Assembly: GCA_000165425.1 (NCBI GenBank)
Contig: CT868618.1
Span: forward strand, 1-64,000
Source of the DNA: Paramecium tetraurelia
Lineage: Eukaryota
DNA length: 64,000 nt
Direction: 5' to 3'
Made by a program: the position numbers and the translations under genes
Shown: positions 1 through 15,023 of the stretch, one piece after another
How positions within the stretch are numbered: position 1 is the first letter of the stretch
Layout: each line of letters opens with the position of its first letter
The notes under the pieces: model-generated
Seen by the model: only the letters and a program-made list of their open reading frames with translations
The model's database searches: none
Told to the model about the DNA's origin: nothing

Positions 1-3000
1 CCTGGGAGCGTGCTGGAGATCTCCTTTTAAGCAGCAGTTAATACAACAGGATTTTTGAGACGAATCTTACAAATATCATTATCAACTTTAAAATCATTTT
101 GATCAACCAGCACAGTGTTTAATTGAACTTGTAGAAAAATGTCTTATGTTTATTATTCTAATATTTCAATTCGCAATTAATAAATGACCTCATGGACACT
201 ATAATTATCAGGTTCATTAATTAGTACATCTCTAATAATATAATGGGAAGGATTGATATCAATAAGCTGGGCTTTAAAGTTTTGAGTTAAATTTTATGTT
301 GAATCTAGTAGTTTAATTTTATTAGTAAATTATAATTAGACATATTAGACATTATATGTTTAATTTAAGAATACTAATTTAAAATGAGGAGGTATAATTT
401 AAAGACAAGAGCTCTTTCTGAGATCATCTTCAAAACATGTCCAATACATTTCAATATCACAAATATCTGAACAACCATCTAAGGATAAGTGATTACCATC
501 ATCACATTCTTCTTCATCAGATTTAATCCCATTTCCACAAGTATCTTGGCAATTGTTACCATTCATTATAAAACCTATATTGCAATCTTCACAAAGTCCT
601 TGCTAACAATTATCACAATTTAAAGGACACGAATGCACGCATAAATCACAGCCATCTAAAGGATCATTATTACCATCATCACATTATTCATTAAAAGCAA
701 CAATTGAATCTCCACAAATCGATTTGCATTAATTCTCAAGATAATAATACCCTTAATCACATATATCTAAACAATTCTAATGATCACAAATTTGACAGTT
801 CTCCTTACAAGAATACTAGCAATTATGGCATCCATCATATTTGATATCATTACCATCATCGCAAATTTCTAATCCTTCCACAACAATTCCATCTCCACAA
901 ATAGGAATACAATTTTTACCCTTAATCTCAAAATACTCATTACAAATTGCACATTCAAGATGAACATTACAAAATATACAATTTTATTCACATTCAAATT
1001 TACACTCATAACATCCATCTCCACTATCCTAATTTTAATCATCACATTATTCATTAGAAATCAAGGCTAGTTTGCCATCTCCACATTCAAATTCACATTT
1101 ATAATCTACCAGATTCCATCCTTTTAAACATGAAAAGCAAAAAGAATTGTGACATTCCAAGCATTCTAATTAACACAAATTACATTAATAAGAATTGTCA
1201 AACTAAAACTCGATAGAATTATAAAGAAGTTCTTCTACATAGTAAATGCCATGGCTACAAATAGGAATGCATTAACCATTGAAGGTTTTATCAAATAGAT
1301 TCTCACAAAGTTGACATTCATTAAAAACTGAAATTTTACAATTTTATGGCTTTCTATAATCGCATTAATTATATTAATAAGCAACAACGCTCATAATTCT
1401 AGATCTAGCATTTAAGATCTTGAGCATCTAATTCAAGGTTGTTGTTTATAATGATATGCTAAACGTATTAATTTATCAAGAAATTCGAAATTTGACAATA
1501 ATGGCCTTCTTTGGATTATATATCATATTTAATTTAACTATCTTTATCCTCATATTTGCGAGAGAAATGGCATAAATTCCCTATCAATTGGTAATTATTG
1601 TTGCAGAACTTGCATTAGCCAAATTCGCATAAAGCACAATTTGATGGACAAGAGAATTTACACTAGTAACATCCATCATTAGGTTACAAGTTTCCATCAT
1701 CGCACTCTTCTTCATATAATATCAATTGATCTCCACAGATTGGTATGCATTCTTAAGTATATGTATCAAAATTCCAGCCTGAATAACATTCTATACACAA
1801 ATCTCTGATACAATTACTACACCCTACTACACAATTGTACTATTAAGAAAAAATCCCTTCAAAGGCAAGGATGTAATCATTTTTATGGATTACTTTCTAA
1901 TCTGTTATTTTATTCTCTTAATATGTAAAAACTTCAAAGTCTCTAATACCAAAAGATGGTGTGTTCGCAGATGTGGTCACAATAATTGGAACTCCAATAG
2001 TAATTGTTATGGTTTGGGAATTGCTACTAGATCCGAAAGTTTCAATCCTGGTCATTTTGAGATTAGATCCACACAGATAGTTAAAATCTGCTACAGTATT
2101 TAAAGTTGGAGTAGAATAATACATTTGTGTATCGCCATTAACTTCTATGGTTACTGAATCAGTGATCTCTACACATAGAAATAAGAATGAAACTTTTATT
2201 CTAGTATGAGGATCATCTAAAATTAAACCTATGGTGGCTAATTGTGTTGTTAGGAAATTTCCATAATAATGAAAACCTATGATATTTAATTATAAAAACC
2301 ACAATCTAACACATTATCATAATAAGCATTATCCTTAATCCATCCTTATCCATTTGTAAACGTAAGAGTTGTAAAATAAGTTAAAACTCTATACCATTAC
2401 TAACAAATTCCAGTGGAATCACAATAATCACAAAGATATGGACATTTCAATACTGACAATTTAAAATTTGAGATCCCCCAGTATGCTGATGATTATCTAG
2501 AAACTATTATTATTATGGCTGAGTTTCCCATATGGACTATTTATCTACCTACTGAGTCAGTCTAACCAAGTGATCCACTTCCACAAATTTCTGTTCCTGA
2601 GGAATTGGGATTATTGGAGACTGCTTTTTCTCCATCTATAAATACGATGTAATATGAGGAAGTCCAAGGATCTAATCTAAATAAAAATTTAAAAAGTACA
2701 GACCTCCAGAAATTTAACTCAACCTTAACCTTATAATGAGGAGGAAGGATGAAGGTCTTTGTTATGACTGTCTATGAATTAAAGACGAATCTTCCACCGA
2801 ATATGTCAGAGGTTACACAATCAGTGATATGGTTTGCATTTTCGGCTAAGTAAGTATTCCAGTCTATGATATTAAGTCTTAATTACTATCATCTGTATTA
2901 AAGGGACTAAAAAAGGATCGGCTGATTTCAGTTTGTGCAAGTACTTTGTAACAAAATTTATTAAGGAAAATGAGATGGATGAAAATTTAAAAAATGCACA

Positions 3001-3046
3001 ATTCCCAGGATCTCTAAAACTAACTTTACAGAAGCTTCTATATCAT
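1..3046 (-). CDS. Large Cys-rich repeat surface/secreted protein (CGDG...ECDDGN...DGC repeats, Myxococcus-type/DUF4215-like); runs off window start
   Basis: Code-6 translation from ATG 3046 ([42 protein letters not shown]). Repeated units such as [39 protein letters not shown]. An apparent +1 frameshift lies near 1391. Confidence 0.8.
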
Positions 3047-4693
3047 TTATTAATTAAGTTTATAAATCAAGTTGTATTGAATAAAAGATTATCAAATATT
3101 TAAAATTAAGCATAAAAAATATCTTATCAAAAAATTAAATACAATAATTATTCCATTATCAAGTGAAAGTGATAATAAATTGAATTCCAAATAAAACACT
3201 AATAAATAATAAGTGTATTAAATTCTTCAAAGTTACTTAATCAATCACGTTAAATAAAATCGTTGTAATTTCTTATCATATCCTCTTCATCAATTAATTA
3301 ATGTTATTCAACGTTTCAATTTCTTCTAAGGTCAAAATTTATTCAGAAGAGAAAAACATTTACTTTTTGTTCTTTGATCTTTAAATTAACATTTAATAAC
3401 TCAATTCACTATTCTTAGAATTAATCCAGAATATGTAAATTTTTCGAAATTTGCATTCATGCGACAAAAAAAGATAAACTTTCTAAACCAATTTGATATA
3501 TATCTCATTCACATTTTAATTCATCGATGTTAAACCCGATATATTTAAGGTTTCTTAGTTACGATTTTCTGATTTAATAATTAAATCTAAATTTTATCTA
3601 TAACTAATTATTATGTTATTTGATAAGGATTTCATTATCAAAATTGAAAAATGGTAATTATAGTTATATTTCTAAGTTACTTATTCATTTCTTTATGTTA
3701 TTTAAACTAAGAAGAAAATCTCAACTTTAGTTATTAATAGAATAAATGGATTGCCAAAATTTTGAATTGATATTCATAATCCTCTTTTCAATTAACAAAG
3801 TATTAGAACACAAAAATTGATTTTGTAAATTTTTATTGAAAATAGGATATTATCTTTTTTCTTCTTTTAGCATACTTTTATGAAAATGAAAAAAATAGTA
3901 ATTAGTAAGGAGCCCTTGATTTTGATTAATTTGGAAAATATTTTTAATTCCTTTGGATTTGAATTGGAGAATTTCACTTAATAAAATTCAATTAGTTTTT
4001 ATTAATTCAGGTATAATAAATTCATTTGTTAACCTAATAAACAATTCTGCCAAAAGAAAACTATTAATTCATTATAACTAACAATTTTTGTTTTCCTTTT
4101 ATTTCAAGTATTTGGAATCTAATTAGGATTTCAAAAATGATTTTTTAATTTTATTAAAAGGTCATGATTTGCAAGATGGATGCTCGACCACATTTATTTG
4201 TTAATAAAAGTCATCTTAAATAAATAAATATATGCTCTTTGAATTCTTCTGCCATGAACTAAATCCAAATTTCTTTACTCCTTTTCATCAAATCTTATAT
4301 TGTAATCTATATATGTTAGGTTTAATTCTAATAATTAAAGAATACTTCTTGGATTAAATTTGAATTTTGAAGATCTATAAATCAATTATATCAGTTAATA
4401 ATTTTAGTGATTGAACTCTTAAGAAAGGATTGCGAGATTAATTAAAGAAAAATGCTGAAATAATATAGAAATTAATACCAGAGTCTATTCCTGATAAGTG
4501 AAAGAATCCCTGAAGTCTTTTGCAAACAATTTCGCTACAAAGAAGCTGACCTAAAAAAATTGTAGATCATGTCTCTAAGGTTAATTCAAATGAAATTAAT
4601 GATTCATACTACAGACTTAATCAATGTAGAAATTTATTGAGCTTTTCTAATTAATATTTATTCTTCAAACAAAAAGTAAAAATCAAAATATTT

Positions 4694-5031
4694 GATATAT
4701 AATTTATAAATTAAATATAATATTTAATCTGTTCTCGCTTTAATGAGGAATAGAGATTAGGAATAACTTNNNNNNNNNNNNNNNNNNNNNNNNNNNNNNN
4801 NNNNNNNNNNNNNNNNNNNNNNNNNNNNNNNNNNNNNNNNNNNNNNNNNNNNNNNNNNNNNNNNNNNNNNNNNNNNNNNNNNNNNNNNNNNNNNNNNNNN
4901 NNNNNNNNNNNNNNNNNNNGGTTAAGGCATTCGCTATTTATTATTAAAGTAGGAGATATATAATATTATAAATTAAATATAATATTTAATCTGTTCTCGC
5001 TTTAATGAGGAATAGAGATTAGGAATAACTT
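4694..5031. repeat. ~76-bp direct duplication (4694-4769 and 4955-5031) flanking a 150-N assembly gap (4770-4919)
   Basis: gatatataat(a)ttataaattaaatataatatttaatctgttctcgctttaatgaggaatagagattaggaataactt occurs on both sides of the N run, with one single-base indel. Confidence 0.9.
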
Positions 5032-5344
5032 TATGTAATTTATTTAATATCTTGATTCAAATTATCATAAATAATACATGTTACTAACACCTATAAAATT
5101 GATAATTAATTATTCTAGTTCTTATATTGAAGAACAATTTTCAAAAGATTGCATTTTAAGAAGTTTCAATATTTTCATTTACTATCTAATAGAAGTTGGA
5201 GTTGAATTACAACAGATAATAAATATAGTCTAGAATACTGCGAAAAAAACACTACTTATTTAAGAGATCAATTCTTATGTATATTAACTACAAGAAAGAG
5301 TAAATGATATTTTAATATAATTTTGGCGAAAACACGTTATCAAA

Positions 5345-6241
5345 TCATGCAATTAAGGCTAATAGGATAAACGCACCCAAAATGACTGAATTACTAACCT
5401 CATCATTGTTGGTTAAATTATCACAAGCAACACATTTATTATCAGATGTCCATTTGTAATTTTTATAGGTTCGTGAAAAGCAGGTATCTTTTGTAAAGAT
5501 TGAAGAATCAACAGCATCGTCACAAGCACCATTCACCCAAGCACATAAATAATAGTCAGCAGCCTCTACTCTGATAGAACCACATTCTGCTTCGGAGCCA
5601 AAATCTGAACATTTTATAGAACGGCAAATTGATCCGTCGTATCTGCAACCATCGCGGTCATTACAATCAAGTTTGAAGTTGTTAAGATCTGAGCAATTGC
5701 TGACACCCGTCATTGTTTTACATGTATTATCGTTAGCCCAAGAACACCATGAGGTTTTTGAAGCAGCTCCAGTACATGTATCAGCAGTTGTAAATGATGA
5801 ACATGTTACAAAAACATATGGAGCACATGATCCTGTTTCTGGTGAACACCATTCATATATAGGGCAATTCTCAACTGAATAATCAGAACAAGATGTAAAG
5901 AAAGAACACTGATTTTACTTATTCCAGAGACATCCAATTCCAGTAGGACAAAGTTCTGCGCTTGTTCCATCTGCACATGAGGGATAATATTCTTCACAAG
6001 TGGAAGTTTTCCATTTGCAGAAGTCTTCAGCATCACAAAGGACTTAAGATGATATATCTGCACAAGTAAACGTATGGTCTTGACATTCAGCAGATGACGT
6101 ATTCCAAAGACACCAAGATTATGCTTATCCGCAATCTTATTGATTTAGTTCTGAGCAGACACAATGTTGGGAAACATCTACATTCAAAGTTGCTGTTGCT
6201 AAACCGATAAGGCAAAGTGAGAATAGCAGTTATCTAAACAT
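5345..6241 (-). CDS. Small Cys-periodic surface antigen (Paramecium mini-antigen type), signal peptide plus GPI-type hydrophobic C-terminus
   Basis: Intronless 897-nt ORF in code 6: MFRQLLFSLCLIGLATATLNVDVSQHCVCSELNQQDC...CxW repeats...NSVILGAFILLALIA-TGA. Confidence 0.85.
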
Positions 6242-7739
6242 TTTATTTAATTAAAAAAGAGTATCTTTTATAAACCCCTTTTAAATAGCGACAGGTAAAT
6301 TAAAATGGCAACAATAACTAGGATATTTTTAATTGATTTAAAAATAATTTATTGTACGTGTTTTGTATCTTTTTTTTCATTAATTTTTTTAAATTTTTGG
6401 AAAACAATTTTTAATTTGAGCAATTTATGAAGATATTTAAATTTAAAATGGCTCGAAGCATCCATTCTCTTTGCTTTTGATAGTGATCTGCATTTTTTTA
6501 CTATTTCAACCAAGTGCTCATTCCTACTTTTAATGAATTTGATCTTAATTTAATTATTTCTGAACTTAGGAATATCATATCAACTACCCATATTTTTTTC
6601 TTTACTTTTTACTCAATTTATTGTTTGCATAGACAATTTAAAATTGACACTGGATATATGAACTTTTCATTACTCATTTTAATAATTTTTGCCATTTATG
6701 CAATATAATTTGATCCTAGAAAATAAAAAAAAGTTCTAAAGAGAACATTATTATCATAATCTATGCCTGATATTATAAAAATCAATAATTTGTAGTCAAT
6801 ATTGCTTTTTTTTACCTTTCAATATTAATATTGATTCTAACAGCTACACATCTAGACATGAAAAGAAAGTTCGGCATAACTGATAAAACTTAAGAATTAT
6901 AGCAAAAATAAGGGAATTATATTTAAACGATTCTATAAAGACCTCTATAGGTCTATTAGTAAAAATACTAACATGCAAATTTATTTAACAGAAAAATACC
7001 ATATATTTCATTCAATTAAAAATGAAATATATAATTTAATATATTAATAAAGGATTTTAATTGTCTAATAAAATACGTTGCTTATTTATTCTTAAGAAGA
7101 ACAACTTAAGTTTTGAGAGAAATTGCATTTTACATATTTTCATTTTTTCGAATGTTTGTTAGTTAAGATGAATAATATATATCTTGTCTATTGACTAGTT
7201 TTTTTTATTTCAGCAAGAATTCTTCTTTCAATATTTTATCGGATCAATTAAATTTTCTTTAATTTTAAAATTGAATAATTTCAAAAATTGAATTTGTATT
7301 TGTTAACATTGAATAATTCTTTCTTAAATTTTCACAAAATAAGGAGAGAGTTTTACAATTATTCTAATTCTATTTTTGGATTAATACATTATAAATTATA
7401 GTTGGAGGTGAAGTTTGATATTATTCAATTTATGTAAATAGTTTACTTAATATGTCTGTAATTTTTAAGAAACATAATTCCCATTCTCCTTTTTTTAATA
7501 ATATAATTGATAATCTTTACTTAAATTTGACTGCTTTCATTTGAGTTATTTCTTTATTGATTTTAATTTATGAAAGAAATACAAAAAATGAAAACGCTTT
7601 ATTTACTAAAATTCTTTTTTAATCCGCAGAGTGGTCAATTCTTGTATATAATTAAAGAATATGCCTCTTAAAAACAAGAATTAAAATACCTATCTTATTA
7701 ATTATTATATAATATAATTCATTATATATAATTATCAGC

Positions 7740-9110
7740 AATGATAATCGTGATCAATTAACTGTACTCAATGTTTGATTTATCACTCTCTACATTTAAA
7801 AAAGGATAATATTTTTCTACTCTTGCGCTTCTCTAGAGCAAGCTCCCACAAATTATTTAAATGATATTTTGTCCTGACGATCTCAATAAGAAGAAGAGGA
7901 TTCAAAATTTTTATCTTATGAATCATTATATCTAATTAATTATGTTTTAAGGTCTTTAAAAAAGTTTAAAAGTAATAAATCCTTTAAATATTTAAATACC
8001 ATGATTTATTAATTAAAATTAAATTTTATGTCGATTATTTCAAATAAGAAGGGAATTCTTTTTTAGAGATTTCTAGACTGCATATAATAATCTCTTTTTT
8101 ATTTAGGTGAATTCCTTTAATATTTATGATTATAATGATCAATGATGATTTATTAAAATGATTATGTATTAATACTATAAAAACCCGAAGAATGTATTAT
8201 TTATAATAGTAAATTAATTCGGTCTTTCTTAACAATCGTTTGAGAAAGGATATCAAAAAAAAGATTCCTATAAATTAATTTGTAATTCTGTTCCTAATTT
8301 TGGCAAACCCTCATGAAATTAAAGGAATTACTAGGCCTTTGGTTATGAATTAAAGAGATTATTATTAAATATAACTAGAATAATATTCATAAAATAAGTG
8401 ATAAATAATAAGTTAGAATGTGATTTCAAAGGATAGAGAAGCATTTAGATGTAATTATTTATTATGTAAATAGTTATATAAGTAGTTGAGGTTTGATAAG
8501 ATAAACAATTTCAAGTGTAACAACACTCTAAAGTCTGAATTATTATTGCCAAATAGTGATTCATTTCATTTTATTACTGATCCAAAATCATTTTAAGAAT
8601 TGACATTATTAATCAATTCGAAAATTAAAAATCAGGTCTTGATAAAAAATATCATCTGTTATTTTTTAAAATAATTTACAAACATATAATTATTATATTT
8701 GTAATTAGAATAAATATCACAATCAATTAAATATGTATCTAATTTGATGGTAAAGCCATTTACTTTTAATAAAGTTGAAGATAATTCTATCAAATAAAAT
8801 GAATAGTGTTGGGCACTTGTTTTTTAATAAATATTGTTCGATTGTTGTAGCATAATCTAAAATTATAATAAAATTATATGATTGAATGAGGAAAAAGATA
8901 AGACTTTTATAATTATTTACAGTACTCAAATAAACTATATTGTAGAAAAATAACTTAAATAGGATAGTGTCTTTAAAAAAATGATGATCTATTTTATTTA
9001 ATGATTTTTGAAGTAACATCAATAAAAATTGTAAAATTGAATCCAAAGATTTCAATTAATCAATACAAATAGTTTCATTTACGATTGATAAATTGATAAT
9101 CTTGTTTAAT
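7740..9110 (+). pseudogene. Degenerate coding-like stretch, product unknown
   Basis: Protein-like segments (e.g. EEEDSKFLSYESLYLINYVLRSLKKF) broken by TGA and frame changes. Boundaries approximate. Confidence 0.25.
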
Positions 9111-9197
9111 TGTCATATAAAAGATGCATTAATCTGAGATGATAATTTTAACAATAAATATTTAAAACATATTATTAGATAATTTTAATTCTTAATA

Positions 9198-10979
9198 ATG
9201 AATTATAGATATATTATAATAATAAACTAATATGTTTAAAATATTTTGTTTAAATCATAACAAAGAATGTGTTATGGTAGATATTAATAAAGAAAGTATT
9301 TTAGAAGGAGATTTGGTTGTTCAAAATGTATTGAAGAATCAATAAAATCTAATATAGGTAAGTTTGATTAAATCAAAAGTTTGGATTCCTTTTGGGCATA
9401 ATGGGAAATAATTTCTAAAGATAACAAAAGTTTTATATAGGAAACTATGAAAAAGATTGATGAGCATACTAAGGAATTATCAACATTCAACAGCATAATA
9501 CTAAATAGTATAATTGAAGTAACTAATTTCTTTTTACAAAAATTATAAGACTAATTATAGGTTTTTGAAGTAGAACCTCAATATTTATCAGAAGAACACA
9601 TTTTTTAAATTGCAGAGAATCTAAGTAATTAAAAGGATTATTTGGATAATTTTAAAAGTTAATAACAAGATTATTACCATTCATATTTAAAAGAGATTTA
9701 AAATATATTGGATTAAAATAATATTACAATAATTTAGAAGGTAAGAAAACATAATTTAAGTATAGTTCATCAACAAATTAACATTAAAATTAAACTTCAA
9801 AAATAATCATCTAAATAAAAAGGAATAATTGGTATTGGTATATTAATAGGTTGTTGTATAACAATAATGATTAATTTTAATTTACCAATAGGTTAGATTA
9901 ATTAATATCTAAAAATTAATCAAAAAATCATAAAAAATGAAAAAGAAGTTAATGATTTTTAATCAAAAGAGTGTTTATCAATAGATTAAATTAATTAAAA
10001 TCAAAAAATCATCAAAAATGAGATAGAAGTTAATTAGTTTTTATATTAGCCTATGTAATCAAATCTAAAAGATATACAACTAAAATGTTAATTATTTGCT
10101 TTTAATTCAAATAATTCAATAATGATAGCTGGTTGCGAAAAACAGATTTAAGTATTTTAGTTCGTTGATGGATAACTATATTATAAATAAACTATCAGTT
10201 CCCACAATGACAATCTTACCGCTTTATACCATATGAATAATTCTGAATAATTTGTTTCAGGTGATATGAAGGGAACAATGATGATTTGGAAATACAAGAT
10301 GGCAGATAAATGGGAATAGAAAGAACGATTTGAGTAATTACATAAAGGTAGAATAAATGAAATCAGAATGAATATTAAAGAAGATATTATAATTACATGC
10401 GGGGATGATAAATCTATCTAAATTTTGAAAATTGAAAAAAAATGGAAGCCTTAATAGAGAATCGCTTAATTTAAGAGTAAGGTATTAAGTCTTATTTTGA
10501 ATGAAGTTGAAGATTAATTAATATCCTCTGATTATGACGGGATTATATCAGTGATGAAAAAAACAAATTAAGACAACTGGAAGGTAAACTAAAATATTAC
10601 TGCAATTCCTGGATTTAAATTAACTTTAATCGATGCTAATTAATTTGTTTATCAATCAAATAAAGGAGATATGTAAGTATTTAAACTGAAAGGTGATTAA
10701 TACAAGGAAATTTAAGCTATTAATTTGAAAGGAGATGGAGGCGAAAATATTTGCCATATCTCTTCAGTATTTGTAAAATAGAAATCCATTCTGATCAGTA
10801 TTAATAATAAATAATTACATATGATCAAGAAGAAGTAGAATGGAGATCTTGAAATTTATAAATCAATTGTGCATTAACAAAATCCTGTCTATGGTGGGTT
10901 AAGCAACGATGGAGAATATTTAATCACATTGGACGAAAAAAATTAGGGGCAGTTACAAAGATTTGTTCAGCAAAATTGA
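9198..10979 (+). CDS. WD40-repeat protein with N-terminal CxxH...CxxC motif and coiled coil
   Basis: CLNHNKECVMVD...FGCSKC, then WD-like repeats (SHNDNLTALYHMNNSEQFVSGDMKGTMMIWK; HKGRINEIRMNIKEDIIITCGDDKSIQI). Frameshift near 9307; imperfect 81-nt internal duplication at ~9918/9999. Confidence 0.75.
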
Positions 10980-12789
10980 AATTATTAATTGCTAATGTAA
11001 TTTATTATAAGTTTTCAAGTAAACTGATTGTATCTGTCTGAAAATCATGATCAATTATTCTTAAATTTCTATATTTATTAATCTAAATTATTAATTGACA
11101 TTTAGTATATCTGTTGACTATATCTTCATAAATTCAATAAAATCACAGAAAACATATTTTATCGATTCTATCTGAACATTTTTATAATAGTAATTGACAT
11201 ATATTTTTTTAGTTTATTGAAATGAATATATTTTCCTTAATTATTTCAGACTTTGGACTTTGGATTAATTTAAGTTTACTTAATGTTAATTGTATTTAAA
11301 TTCTTATTTAGTATTTTCTCGACATAGATAGCAAGATTATATTTTCAATAAAAAAGCCTTTTCTAAAAGTATTATATTTATTGACTATCTATGTCTAAAG
11401 GACATGAAGATGCAGTATATTATCCACTTAATTATTGACGATTGCATATAATCTAATTATTTAATTGATGGGTATCATTCATATGCACAACTAATTTTAG
11501 AATTACAAGAATTAAGTTATATTGACTATTTTTAAATTAAAAATATCTTGATGTATTTTTATTTTGGCAAATTTAACTTTATAGAAGATTCATCTTTGAA
11601 AATATAGTGTTTTTTTAATTATAATTTCATACGATCCTAACCTCCCCCTTCACTTAGGGAATAATTAAAAACGTAATTAATAAATATAATTGTTATGTAA
11701 TTTTGACTCCTCTTTGTAATAATAAAAATCTGAAGATTATGGAGAAATCTAAAGCGAAACCAATAATATAGTAAAAGGCTAGATCTGGTAGTAGGAATAA
11801 TATAATAATGAAAATCTAATATTGATTTTCAGTTCTATTAGAGAGAATTAATAAAAACCAAGAATAATATAGTTGAATCAATATCATTGTTAAATATTGT
11901 TAAACTCAGAAATTACAACATTGAATTAGCTATGTTTATGAATTTATATAATTTATTACATTGTCATAATTCCTTTGAATTTAAACAATTATCAATACTT
12001 TATAAACCTATTCGCTATAATTTCATAAATGATCATTAGTAATTTCACTAAAAACAATTATGGATTTCTAGGTTTAACTTTAGCATGTTCTACAATCACT
12101 TTTAGAAAGTTCTCTTTTGAATTTACCCCATAAAATTTTCAATAGGACTCAATTATTGAGTATAAGGAGGCAAATAAAGGTGGTTTAGATATCTCAAAAA
12201 ATTATTTCTTAAATTTGTTTCTATATACACAGATGCATTATCAAATTCAGATACATAATTTCTAAAACCATTTTCTAATTACAAACTTGATTGGTTTAAT
12301 TAAATAGTTTTAAACCAAAACAGAATTTAAATTATATATAAAGCACTAATACTTTTTCATGCTACCAATGAGATATATTCTTTTTTACTCTATCAATATA
12401 TATAATATGTCCAATTTTTCTTATACCACAATAATAAATTCTTTAAAGTAAGGTCCAAAACTATAATAATCATTTAATAGGATACCCTAGCATGGAAGAT
12501 TTTAAATAATTCCAATTCTCTATCATTGTTAATATCACTTTTTAGCTATTTAATATGCAATTATTATAATAATGTGTTTAGTATTAAAAAATTTTGTGAA
12601 AAAGTTAATAATTAATTCAAAAATAAACTATTAAGTTTTATATATAATAGCTTGGTTTTAATTTTCATCATTATTTAATTAGAAGTAAATCTTGGGTTCT
12701 TGATGTATATATCTACTTGTAAAGTAAATTTTAAAATTATAAAATAAAACCCAAAATTCAGAATTTAAATAATTTATATTTTTTCTTAA

Positions 12790-14450
12790 CAATTATGACA
12801 ATAACCAACAGACTACTTATTTAAGTAATGACCAATAGAATATTTCGGATAAAAAAAAATGCTGAGAAAATTGGTCAGATGATTTAGAAACAGGCTCTTT
12901 GAGATTATAGGAGAGTTTATTAGAAATTGAAGTTGGTAAGCCATAAGGCGCTGATAAAGATCAGTTTCCAAACAAAATTGGATGCTAAATTTATTCTATA
13001 CATCGAAACCAAATCATATATTATTTAAGAATTCTTTGAATGAATGTCTCTCTATCTCCCCACAGAGAACTTGAGGTAATTGTTCATTAAATATTTACAA
13101 GAATTATTTAATCATTTAAAACCTCCTTTAATAGAAAGCAATAAAAACAAATTCTTCAAGAGGTCACAAACAAATTAAATATAAATAAATAAAAGAATAG
13201 AAGCATTTGCAATTCAGGAGGAGCAGCAAGATTAAAGTATTACTATCTCTTTATATATAGAATTCTATTGCTTTACATTATTAGTTTTTAATACATAATT
13301 GACTAATTAATGTAGGATAATGATAAAAATAAAGTGAAAAATATCTATCACTGGAGCCGCATAGAGCAACCTTATTTAATAATATATTTTCAAGACCTAA
13401 ATATTCAACAATAAAAATAATTTAATGTGTTGTATTATAAATGCTTAACTTAATTATAAGTCTAGTATTTAACCTATTAATTGCCAATATAATACGATGA
13501 TTCGAGGGGAAATCACAAAGTTAACGAAAAATTTTTCAAAAAGAAGAAGATGATTGAGATAAAAAATTTTGAGGTAATATTATGGTGAATGAGTGAAATT
13601 TCAAAATGTATTTTAGATATTCAGATGGATTTGAATAATTCTATATATAGCATCAATTAAAACAAATGGTAAAATAGTAAACAATAGCAACTTGCATCTA
13701 AGAATTATATATTTAATATTTATATAATTCAACAATCAGTAATCATCTGTTTCAGTACGTTGGTCATCATCTTATTCAGGTTAATCCTCAAAAATTGAGA
13801 ATTCTGAAAACTCTGAAAAATCATATGTTTATGAGGATGTTATTGATTCTAAATCATTAATAACTCTAATTATCAATTATCTAATTCTTTCAATTTAAAA
13901 ATCTTAAGAGGAGGATTGCGAGCTCTGATGTGAGGTATGTGAGCGTTAGGAAGAAGATTGCAATGATTATTAAGGTGAAGTTTAAATAGATTATGATAAT
14001 GATTAAGATTCAATCGAAAATTGTTGATATAGTTATATCAATTATGAATATTATTGTTACAGTCTTGATATTTAATGTACTGAATCAGTATTTATAATGT
14101 TTGGGAAATTCAATTCAATTCCTTCATATAAATTTAACTTACATATTTCTACCGCCAATTAAATATCAGATTCCTAATTTCCTTAAACTACTTCATATTT
14201 ATTTAATGGCGACATTAGCCCGATAAATTGATTCGTTATCTTAAAACATTCATCCTCTTTATATAAAAATAATTAATTCTCTTTTTGTTATGCTTAAAAT
14301 AGATTTCTTTTTTCTTGAAAAATTAGATTTCTCTACATCTTCCTAATTTTATTGCTATAAATTTCTCTACGATCGTAAACAATTTCTAAAATATCTATTT
14401 GATAATATTTTTAGAATGCATTTTCTTATTGCTTGATTTAAAAATTGAAA
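12790..14450 (+). pseudogene. Decayed gene with an acidic/Ser-rich segment
   Basis: Long protein-like frame (SSYSGQSSKIENSENSEKSYVYED...QEEDCEL*CEVCERQEEDC...IENC*) with in-frame TGA codons. Boundaries approximate. Confidence 0.3.
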
Positions 14451-15023
14451 TTGATGTGATTTATATTGTTTAGTGCTTAAAGTTTGCAATACTCTTAAAT
14501 TTTTTATTGTCGTATCATTTCGAATTAATCTATAATCAACTACTATTTATGGTTTTCCATTCTTAGCCAGAATCAGGGTTATTAAAAATAATATTAAATC
14601 TTGGAGTTAGCAAAATGTATAATTTAAAACAATATCAACCTTTCTCCTCAAAAAATTTAATTAAGTATTCTATACAATTATTTTACTTCAATTTTATATA
14701 TAATTTATACCCTTTTATTAAATTCATTAAATAAGTTAGGTAGACATTTATGTATCGAAAGTTTCTAGGACTGAAAATGCTTTTAAAAAACTACCTATAC
14801 CTCAAAAGAAATTAAATTCAAATTATAGTCCTTAAAAATAATACACTCCGAGAAAAAAAGTCATATTTAAAAATGACAACTAAATTTTAAGTAAGCTCTT
14901 TTTATTACTTCTAATAATGAATAGCTGATTTATTCAAATATTACAAAGTATATAAATCTAATTTAAATTTACTGGAAGATCAAAAGATCAAATTTATTTT
15001 ATAATGATAATAATCGATCACAC

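Noticed and set aside
13900..14030. In-frame TGA as selenocysteine/Cys recoding in an acidic, Cys-containing stretch
   Set aside because: There is no selenoprotein context or evident SECIS, and the surrounding frame is broken elsewhere, which fits a pseudogene.
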